A stretch of DNA of 64,000 nucleotides from Candidatus Aenigmatarchaeota archaeon (GTDB lineage Archaea; Aenigmatarchaeota; Aenigmatarchaeia; CG10238-14; SCSR01), in the NCBI GenBank assembly GCA_018304615.1, contig JAGVVV010000010.1:26000-89999 (forward strand), written 5' to 3'. The position numbers and the translations under genes are program-made. The notes below the pieces were generated by a model that searched no databases, was not told the DNA's origin, and saw only the letters and a list, made by a program, of their open reading frames with translations. Every line of letters starts with the position of its first letter. Within the stretch, counting starts at the first letter, position 1. Below, piece after piece: positions 9,075 through 15,608 of the stretch.

Positions 9075-9949
9075 GGAGCAGCGTTTCTTCGTATGAATTC
9101 CTTAAGTTCTTTTGTTTTTACTTCTGTTTTCAACAACTGGGCATCTATTTTTTCTCTGAGCGCTTTGAAGATTTCTTTCTTAGTGAGATCCTCGACTTCT
9201 TTCTCTGTTGGGGCCCTCACTATGTAGTCGATGTCGCACAGCTGCAAGGCCTCCTTTATTATCAAGTCACCGCCACGATCTCCATCAACAAATAGGGTTG
9301 TGATTTTTTCTTTAGAAAGATTAACCACAGCTCCGGGAATTGTTGTCCCACCAATGGCAATTGCATTGTTGATCCCGTTCTTCAAAAGATTCAAGACGTC
9401 TGCCCTACCTTCAACTAGAATTACTTCGTCAGAAGTCTGGACGTCTGGGCCTGAAGGCAATCCCATGAAATCCAAAATCTGTGCTGTCCTGACGTCTTCC
9501 TTAATCTGTTCGGTGATTGCAGTTGCTGATGGTTGCTCTACCCCGATGAGATTTTGCAGGATGTCCTTTGCCCTGCCAATCATAAAGTCTCTTTTCATCA
9601 CCCGCACGTCTTTCACGACAGAAACTTTTACCTTCGCATTTGACGGACCTATCCTCTCTATCGTTTCAAACGCTGCGGCAACCAGCGCGGTTTCAGAACT
9701 GTCTAGGCTGGAAGGTACATAGAACTTGCCGGAAGTTTTTCCTTCGATTGCTTCTACTTCGACGTCTATTCTACCTATTCTTCCTGTTCTCTGCAATTCT
9801 CTCAGATCTAAATCCTGGCCAAGCAGTCCTTCTGTCTGACCGAATATAGCTCCGATGACGTCAGGTTTTTCGACGGTTGCGTCTGTTGTGAATTCTACTT
9901 CTATCAAATATTTTGTTGTTGATTGGGCCAATTTCCCCGTAGTAATCAT
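9041..9949 (-). CDS. dnaG: Archaeal DnaG (Toprim primase-like protein)
   Basis: 302 aa. Archaeal DnaG N-terminus 'KYLIEVEF..VEKPDVIGAIFGQTEGLLGQDLDLRELQRTGRIGRI'. Toprim 'ILVEGRADVLNLLKNGINNAIAIGGT' and 'FVDGDRGGDLI'. Confidence 0.9.
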   Translation of the reverse strand: MITTGKLAQSTTKYLIEVEFTTDATVEKPDVIGAIFGQTEGLLGQDLDLRELQRTGRIGRIDVEVEAIEGKTSGKFYVPSSLDSSETALVAAAFETIERIGPSNAKVKVSVVKDVRVMKRDFMIGRAKDILQNLIGVEQPSATAITEQIKEDVRTAQILDFMGLPSGPDVQTSDEVILVEGRADVLNLLKNGINNAIAIGGTTIPGAVVNLSKEKITTLFVDGDRGGDLIIKEALQLCDIDYIVRAPTEKEVEDLTKKEIFKALREKIDAQLLKTEVKTKELKEFIRRNAAPQASEKSETTE

Positions 9950-10286
9950 CCTCCGTGAATTTTGTAAGAGATTTCATTTCTTCGATCTTGTGAATTTTGA
10001 ATGAGTTCTTGAATTTTCTCCTCAGAGATTTATCGACAATTATGTCTGAACTCTCGAGGAGTTTTATGAGACGTGAATTCTTTGATTCGCCTTCAGCATC
10101 GAAATCGGTTAATACTGTAACAGATTTCTTGCCGAGGGTTTCTATGAAATCCGTGAATTTGTGAAGTGAATTTCCTGAGATATCAAAAACATTTTCAAAA
10201 CCGAAATTAGTCAAAGCAATCTTGTCGTTTTTACCTTCTACGATAATAGGGACGCCGGAGAATTTTCTGATTAAATCAAATTTCAC
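9861..10286 (-). CDS. Small Toprim-domain protein (RNase M5 / small primase-like)
   Basis: 141 aa. 'PIIVEGKNDKIAL' (Toprim Glu) and 'VTVLTDFDAEGE' (DxD). Its 3' end overlaps the dnaG start by 89 nt in another frame. Confidence 0.75.
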   Translation of the reverse strand: MKFDLIRKFSGVPIIVEGKNDKIALTNFGFENVFDISGNSLHKFTDFIETLGKKSVTVLTDFDAEGESKNSRLIKLLESSDIIVDKSLRRKFKNSFKIHKIEEMKSLTKFTEDDYYGEIGPINNKIFDRSRIHNRRNRRKT

Positions 10287-11098
10287 ACGATAACCTCCAG
10301 AATGTCTCTCTCTGTGATGAAACCTTCTAAAATTCCGTTCCCGTCTGTGACAGGAAGCCCGCCGATGTTTTTTTTCTTCATGGTTTTTATCGATTCGGAT
10401 ACATCTTGGTTTTTATCGGCTGACAAGACATCATCTATAACAATATCCTTCAACGGATTTTGCAGACTAACGAAATTATAATCATTTTCTTTTATGTATT
10501 CCAAAATATCAAACGCGGTCACTATCCCTACCAATTTCCTCTCTGCAACGAGTGGGAGTCTTCTGTATCTTGTGTTCACCATGCTCTTCAAACAGTCTAA
10601 AATGGAAATGTGTGAATGGACGAAAAACGGTTTCTTCGTCATCACTTCGCCGACAGAAAACCCGAAATTACTTTTGTCGAAGTGTTTTACAATGTCTCTC
10701 TCGCTTACCATACCTTCCAGTTTGTTCTTGTATGTGACTGGGAATCCACCTCTTCTTGAAATCTTGAACTTCTGCAAGAGGAGGCCAATACTGTCATCAG
10801 AATCTACATGCTGAACATCCCGAATCATGATGGAAGAGATTTTTTCTTTGAGATCCTGTTTCCTCAAATATGCGTCAAGAAAATCCATGAGGGTTATAAT
10901 TCCGACTAGAGAATTCGATTTGTTGACGATTGGAAGTCTCCTGTGACCGCTGTCGAGCATCTTCTTGATGATGTGTTGCATGTCCTCGTTTTCAAAAGAA
11001 AAAACTGGCTGCAATTTTGTGATGGTGTTGATCTTGTTGAATCTATCCAATCCGGATTTCTCTAGTTCTATTCCTATGACTCCAATTCTTCCTTGCAA
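10283..11098 (-). CDS. CBS-domain protein (tandem CBS pairs)
   Basis: 271 aa. Repeated CBS signatures ('HRRLPIVNKSNSLVGIITLMD', 'GGFPVTYKNKLEGMVSERDI', 'YRRLPLVAERKLVGIVTAFDI', 'GGLPVTDGNGILEGFITERDI'). Confidence 0.85.
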   Translation of the reverse strand: MQGRIGVIGIELEKSGLDRFNKINTITKLQPVFSFENEDMQHIIKKMLDSGHRRLPIVNKSNSLVGIITLMDFLDAYLRKQDLKEKISSIMIRDVQHVDSDDSIGLLLQKFKISRRGGFPVTYKNKLEGMVSERDIVKHFDKSNFGFSVGEVMTKKPFFVHSHISILDCLKSMVNTRYRRLPLVAERKLVGIVTAFDILEYIKENDYNFVSLQNPLKDIVIDDVLSADKNQDVSESIKTMKKKNIGGLPVTDGNGILEGFITERDILEVIV

Positions 11099-11628
11099 TC
11101 TTCACACAACCATTGGCCGTTCACGTTCTGAAGGCTGTCTGCATAAGTGCCGCAGTTCTCGCATATCCCTGATGTCTCTTTCTCCATGATTTCAAGCGGA
11201 CTTTCGAGAGGAGTTTCTTTCGATTTCAGTCTGGATTCTAGCAAGTCGAGCATCTCAGGTGAAGTGACTGCAATGTCAATCGCAGAGATTATCCCGACTA
11301 TGGATCCTTCTGTAACCACCGGAAGCCTCTTCACATTGTTCCTTTTTAATTTTCTGGCAGCCTCGACCAGTGGATCTCCTGGTTTCACAGTAATCAATGG
11401 AGAAGCCATGATTGATTTAACTTTGATAGAGGAAGGCTTTTTGTTAGAGCTGACTACTTTGTTTATTATGTCTGTGTCGGTTACTATCCCGACGGCGTTG
11501 TTCTTCCTCAAAACAATGAGCGCACCCTTCCTGTGTTTCTTCAAAAGCGCCGCGGCATCTTTGACGCTCTTGTTCTCATCTATGGCGATGACCTTCTTCG
11601 TCATCACATCTCTGACAGTTACTGGCAA
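11074..11628 (-). CDS. CBS-pair protein with C-terminal Cys4 zinc ribbon
   Basis: 184 aa. 'VRDVMTKKVIAI...GALIVLRKNNAVGIVTDTDI' plus 'VKRLPVVTEGSIVGIISAIDI'. C-terminal 'CENCG-x15-CEDC'. Confidence 0.8.
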   Translation of the reverse strand: MPVTVRDVMTKKVIAIDENKSVKDAAALLKKHRKGALIVLRKNNAVGIVTDTDIINKVVSSNKKPSSIKVKSIMASPLITVKPGDPLVEAARKLKRNNVKRLPVVTEGSIVGIISAIDIAVTSPEMLDLLESRLKSKETPLESPLEIMEKETSGICENCGTYADSLQNVNGQWLCEDCKEELES

Positions 11629-11639
11629 ACAACCACCTA

Positions 11640-11987
11640 CTAATTATTGGTGGGTAGTAGATAAATTTTTACAAATGAGTTGAGGTCCTGTCCATCATCT
11701 GTTTTAACTTTTTTCTGTGGTTTTAGAGCTCTGATTTTACCATAGCCGAAGTCGACAATTAGAAAGAAAGGGAAACCTGCAAGAGAAGATTTCATGTAAC
11801 CGTCATAGTAAAGAGTCTTTTTCTTGGTTGATTTTACCTGCAGGAGAATGCACTGCCCTTCTTTAAGACAGATTAGATCAGCCTCTCCAAGGCTCGCCCC
11901 AGCCCTCACGACATCCCATCCTCTGTTCTCGAAAAAGATCCTGATTTTCCTTTCTACCATATACCCCTTTCGCTTCATAAATGGCAT
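11640..11987 (-). CDS. hjc: Holliday junction resolvase Hjc-like (catalytic Glu replaced by Gln)
   Basis: 115 aa colinear with Hjc: 'RKGYMVERKIRIFFENRGWDVVRAGAS..EADLICLKEGQCILLQVKSTKK'. E12 and D37 are present, but the ExK motif reads QVK (Q50). Confidence 0.7.
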   Translation of the reverse strand: MPFMKRKGYMVERKIRIFFENRGWDVVRAGASLGEADLICLKEGQCILLQVKSTKKKTLYYDGYMKSSLAGFPFFLIVDFGYGKIRALKPQKKVKTDDGQDLNSFVKIYLLPTNN

Positions 11988-12049
11988 TTAATTAAATGTA
12001 GTGACAAATAACAAATATCTTCGCAGACAATTAGTACATGGTGTTTTGA

Positions 12050-12724
12050 TTGAACGTTCTGACTATTGGGGACATACACAACGATGTTGAGAATATCATA
12101 AATTATGCTGACAAGCTTTCTATGCTGGATTTTGATGTAATAGTCTGCCCTGGAGATTTCACTGATGTTCCTCCTAGAGGATTCACTTCTGTCGAGATTG
12201 CAAAATTAATCATAGAAGAGCTGAGAACTTTCAAAAAACCTATTCTGGCTGTTCCAGGGAATTGGGACGATAAAGTGTTAGAATATTTGGAAAAGGAAGA
12301 TATGAGCATCCATGGAAGAGGAAAGGTTGTAGGTGATGTTGGCTTCTACGGATTCGGAGGTGCGAAGACTCCATTCAACACACCGCTCGAACCTAGCGAG
12401 GAAGAGATAGAACAGGGGTTGAAAAAAGGATTTTCTAAAGTAAGTAACGCGAGATATAAAATTCAGGTCACACACATCCCTCCTGCGCGAACGAAAATTG
12501 ATACGACTTACTCTGGGGCGCATATAGGATCTGAAGCTGTAAGAACTTTTATCGCAGAAAATCAGCCTGATGTTGCGGTGTGCGCGCACGTTCATGAAGG
12601 AAAAGGCACTGATGAAATCGGAAAGACAAAATTATTGAATGCCGGAAGATTCCCAGAAGGATATTTGGGTATGATTTCGTTGAAACCGCAGGAAGTTTCT
12701 GTGAAAATTGTCAACTTAATCTGA
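12050..12724 (+). CDS. Calcineurin-like metallophosphoesterase
   Basis: 224 aa, TTG start. Motifs 'GDIHND', 'PGDFTD', 'PGNWD', 'THIPP', 'CAHVHEG'. Confidence 0.85.
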   Translation: MNVLTIGDIHNDVENIINYADKLSMLDFDVIVCPGDFTDVPPRGFTSVEIAKLIIEELRTFKKPILAVPGNWDDKVLEYLEKEDMSIHGRGKVVGDVGFYGFGGAKTPFNTPLEPSEEEIEQGLKKGFSKVSNARYKIQVTHIPPARTKIDTTYSGAHIGSEAVRTFIAENQPDVAVCAHVHEGKGTDEIGKTKLLNAGRFPEGYLGMISLKPQEVSVKIVNLI

Positions 12725-12780
12725 CTTCTTTGCAACCAAAAAGCTTTATTATGCCCAGAATGAAATTATTAAATCCTAAG

Positions 12781-12844
12781 CCCACGGAAACGGAAAGGTA
12801 AATTTAATCAGCTTAGTGTAACCACGGAAAAGGAAAAGGAAAGG
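12781..12844 (+). repeat. Two purine-rich direct repeats with core CCACGGAAA, 40 nt apart
   Basis: cCCACGGAAAcGGAAAGG at 12781-12798 and aCCACGGAAAaGGAAAAGGAAAGG at 12821-12844, immediately upstream of the ATG at 12850. Confidence 0.5.
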
Positions 12845-12849
12845 TAGAA

Positions 12850-13227
12850 ATGACTAGGTTAGATTCAGTTATAAACATTTCTATAGAGCAAGATATAGAA
12901 AAGACTGTAAACGAATTTGCCGAAAGGTTGGACTTTTTGGATGTGCAGCTGTTGAGGAAATTCTATGTCACTAATTCTCCTTTCCCTTATGATACGCAAC
13001 CATACTGTTTCCCCCTTCTTTACAAGGAGATGAGGGATGTCCATAAGATCAAAATCGGCAGCGAAGCCTTGAGGAAGAGGCTTGATAACCTAGTCAAAAT
13101 TGGTCTTCTAGAAAAGATTAGGAACTCCAACCCTGCCAACTATTCGCCGGTTAGGGGTAGGGAGAATTTTGTCCGCGCAACTGTTATGAAATTCTTCATG
13201 CTCAGTGGGTTACAGAAATATTTATGA
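12850..13227 (+). CDS. Hypothetical winged-helix DNA-binding protein
   Basis: 125 aa. 'LDFLDVQLLRKFY' and 'GSEALRKRLDNLVKIGLLEKI' resemble the HTH and recognition helix of Lrp/MarR-like wHTH proteins. No closer family recognised. Confidence 0.45.
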   Translation: MTRLDSVINISIEQDIEKTVNEFAERLDFLDVQLLRKFYVTNSPFPYDTQPYCFPLLYKEMRDVHKIKIGSEALRKRLDNLVKIGLLEKIRNSNPANYSPVRGRENFVRATVMKFFMLSGLQKYL

Positions 13228-13330
13228 AGTTTCTCTTATGAGTTTTTGTAAGTGTTCAAATTACAATTAAACTTGTATAGTAGGATTTAATTTTTTATGA
13301 AGGTTCACTAAAGGGAAATAACAATTACTG

Positions 13331-13340
13331 TGAACGTTCA
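13331..13340. promoter_or_regulatory. Perfect 10-bp palindrome TGAACGTTCA within a cluster of GTTCA half-sites
   Basis: TGAACGTTCA at 13331-13340. Extra GTTCA(C/A) half-sites at 13253-13257 and 13303-13308. Lies in the 207-nt spacer between two wHTH genes. Confidence 0.3.
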
Positions 13341-13364
13341 AAGGAAAAAATGCGAACAGTTAGA

Positions 13365-13434
13365 ATTTTAATATGATAATATAACATATAATAACTATCA
13401 TAATAATATATAATATAACAAACAATATTTTATA
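13365..13434. other. Extremely AT-rich tract with ATAATATAAC direct repeats (strong promoter region or candidate DNA-unwinding element)
   Basis: About 70 nt, almost entirely A/T. ATAATATAAC at 13376-13385 and 13410-13419. Abuts the ATG at 13435. Confidence 0.3.
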
Positions 13435-14073
13435 ATGAAAGAAGCCACACTACGAGTTCTTTTTGAAAAACACCTTGCCAACAACAACACAAAATTTACG
13501 AGCGACCTTAAAACAAATGCCGGACTTGTCGACTATGTAATAGAGTCTGACGGGCAATTACACGCCATTGAAGTAAGGGGATCGCGGGCAAACACCAGCA
13601 ACACAATAGGACATTTGGTCAACATCCATAGAGCCTTTTCACACGTATACCTCTTAGCGCCCCCAACACTCATAGAAAAGGTCGATAAAATCCTTAAAGG
13701 GGCCAGGGTTCTGCCGACACTTGGTATTATTACTGTGGGCAAAGAAGGCCCGGTCTATATTAAAAAACCAAGCCCAGACAGGTATTATTTCAACAAACCA
13801 GAAGAGGTTAAAACAAAAAGTATTTACAAGGCACATCATCTAATCCTAAACGCCACCGACAAAGAAATATTGCAACATTTTAAAGAAATCCCTCTGACCG
13901 TTGCAGAAGTGTCGAAAACTCTTGGCACCACAATGCCAAACGCCTACCGAAGAATCTTGAGATTGAAAAGAGCGAAACTTATCGAAGAGCTTACAGACGG
14001 CTCTGTTTACCCAAAAACCTATAAAATTGTGCCAAATCTGAAAATAGACGAGATAATTTCGCTGGACGTCTAA
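13435..14073 (+). CDS. Hypothetical fusion protein: N-terminal NucS/RecB-like (PD-(D/E)xK) nuclease-fold domain + C-terminal winged helix
   Basis: 212 aa. 'NAGLVDYVIESDGQLHAIEVRGS' fits the GxxDxxxxDxxGxxxxxE-x-K motif with R in place of K. C-terminal 'LTVAEVSKTLGTTMPNAYRRILRLKRAKLIEEL' is wHTH-like. Confidence 0.45.
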   Translation: MKEATLRVLFEKHLANNNTKFTSDLKTNAGLVDYVIESDGQLHAIEVRGSRANTSNTIGHLVNIHRAFSHVYLLAPPTLIEKVDKILKGARVLPTLGIITVGKEGPVYIKKPSPDRYYFNKPEEVKTKSIYKAHHLILNATDKEILQHFKEIPLTVAEVSKTLGTTMPNAYRRILRLKRAKLIEELTDGSVYPKTYKIVPNLKIDEIISLDV

Positions 14074-14218
14074 ACCAACCATTTTCAGAATCATTTCAAA
14101 AAATCGGAAGTTTTGCCGAATAAAACCCAATTCTCGCCTATTCCCCCAACAGAAGCCACTTATTCAACAAAACCAAGTCGGATTAAAGAATAAATATGAC
14201 AAATCATAAAAATTCTGT

Positions 14219-14476
14219 ATGAAACGTGGAAGGCCAGCAATCCGCAACCTCATGCACGACACTATCCTTTCAGTTCTTACCGAAACACAGGTCCCTTTAA
14301 CAGTCTCAAACCTCGCCAGATTCGCATCTGAAAAGACAGGGAGAGTCCTGAGTTGGAACACGGCTCAGAAATATGTCCAAGAATTAGTAGAAGTCAACAA
14401 GGTCCAGCCAATCACACTACCGCATTCTAAAGAACCAGGTAAAGAAGGCCTGACAGTTTATACTCTGAAAAAGTAA
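14219..14476 (+). CDS. Small winged-helix protein with N-terminal AT-hook-like motif
   Basis: 85 aa. 'MKRGRPAIRN' contains the R-G-R-P AT-hook core. 'LTVSNLARFASEKTGRVLSWNTAQKYVQELVEVNKV' is wHTH-like. Ends 12 nt before the DP1-like gene. Confidence 0.45.
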   Translation: MKRGRPAIRNLMHDTILSVLTETQVPLTVSNLARFASEKTGRVLSWNTAQKYVQELVEVNKVQPITLPHSKEPGKEGLTVYTLKK

Positions 14477-14488
14477 CTTGGTGGTCGC

Positions 14489-15601
14489 GTGGAGAGAAAT
14501 GAAATAGTCAAAATTTTCCTCGACAAAGGGTATATGATAGATACAACCAGCCTTGATTTTTTTTCTGAAAACCAAACAATGGTGCAGCCATTTCTAGATT
14601 ATTATTCTGACCTGGAAGACAAGACCGGTTCCATCGACATCAATTTAGTCCAAGAGATTTTGAAAATAAAAATTTCAAGTCTGCAAATTATAAAGACAGC
14701 AAACAAAAAACAAAAAATATCGGTATCAGACCAATCGACGTTTCTTAACAAAAGATTCGACGCAATTAAAAAAATAATGAATAACCGGCTAGATTTGATA
14801 AATCTTGTATCGATAAACAAAATCTCGCAGAAAAGTAAAAAATTCTCCCTGATAGGCATCGTCAAAAATAAAAATGATGAGACTAAATCTCTTATCCTCG
14901 AAGACACCACAGGTGAGGTAGAGCTATTTTTTTCAGAAAATTTCTTTTCTGATTACGATTCGATTCTTCACGATGACATTCTAGGGTTCATTTGTTCTAA
15001 CGAGTTTGGGCGGTACTATTACATAAAAACAGTTTGGCCTGACATCCCTCTGACTCGCGAAGTCAAAAAAACAAAAGAAAATTACAAATGCATCTTCGCA
15101 TGCATTTCCGACTTGAACGAAGTACTTACAGATTGGTTAAACAAATCTGCAGACGAAGAATCGGCAATTTTCATTTTCCCAGTTGGAGACAACAAGAACG
15201 TAAAAAAAATATTTGAAAAACTACCCCATTCATCAGTGAAATATTTGGTTGATGGCACTTCTATCATTTCTCTTTCCGGATTAACGTTTTTCCTTTCAAA
15301 CAACCAGATCTACAAAAAATACCAGGAATTTTTTAAAACGACCCCTGAAGCAACTTTGACGAATCTGGTAAAAAGGAGAAATATGAACCCAAGTCTTGAC
15401 TTTGATAAATCAGTTTACGATGATGACCCATTCATTCTAGATCAAGTTCCGGACGTAATAGTTGTCAGCACCCTCGACGAACAATCTGTTTCCAACTACA
15501 AAGGCACCAACGTCCTCACTATAAAGGACTTCGCACTAGGAAATTCTGTTCTTGTTCTCGACACGAAGACGCGAGAGGTTATAAAGATTGGAATATTATA
15601 G
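14489..15601 (+). CDS. DNA polymerase B-subunit / PolD small subunit (DP1)-like protein with degenerate phosphodiesterase motifs
   Basis: 370 aa, GTG start. N-terminal 'EIVKIFLDKGYMIDTTSLDFF'. OB-like 'FSLIGIVKNK..LILEDTTGEVELFF..VWPDIP'. PDE-like region with 'ISDLN', 'VGDNKN', 'KRRNMNP', 'PDVIVVSTLD' where DP1 has its metal-binding His/Asp motifs. Confidence 0.6.
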   Translation: MERNEIVKIFLDKGYMIDTTSLDFFSENQTMVQPFLDYYSDLEDKTGSIDINLVQEILKIKISSLQIIKTANKKQKISVSDQSTFLNKRFDAIKKIMNNRLDLINLVSINKISQKSKKFSLIGIVKNKNDETKSLILEDTTGEVELFFSENFFSDYDSILHDDILGFICSNEFGRYYYIKTVWPDIPLTREVKKTKENYKCIFACISDLNEVLTDWLNKSADEESAIFIFPVGDNKNVKKIFEKLPHSSVKYLVDGTSIISLSGLTFFLSNNQIYKKYQEFFKTTPEATLTNLVKRRNMNPSLDFDKSVYDDDPFILDQVPDVIVVSTLDEQSVSNYKGTNVLTIKDFALGNSVLVLDTKTREVIKIGIL

Positions 15602-15608
15602 ATAAGAT

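Noticed and set aside
9861-9949. 89-nt same-strand overlap between the small Toprim gene and dnaG, considered as a frameshifted single gene or programmed frameshift
   Set aside because: Each product is a complete, separately known domain protein. The small Toprim protein has its own Glu and DxD motifs, and DnaG begins with its canonical N-terminal 'KYLIE..VEKPDVIGAIFGQTEGLLG'. The overlap more likely reflects a long basic C-terminal tail or an imprecise start call than recoding.
11147-11683. 178-aa forward-strand ORF overlapping the CBS/zinc-ribbon gene
   Set aside because: It is antisense to a gene with unmistakable CBS repeats, and its composition is serine/leucine/phenylalanine-rich. The same reasoning rejects other long antisense ORFs: 1365-1784, 8534-8923, 9231-9722, 15950-16336, 22155-22619, 35432-35938, 53948-54352 and 58553-59197.
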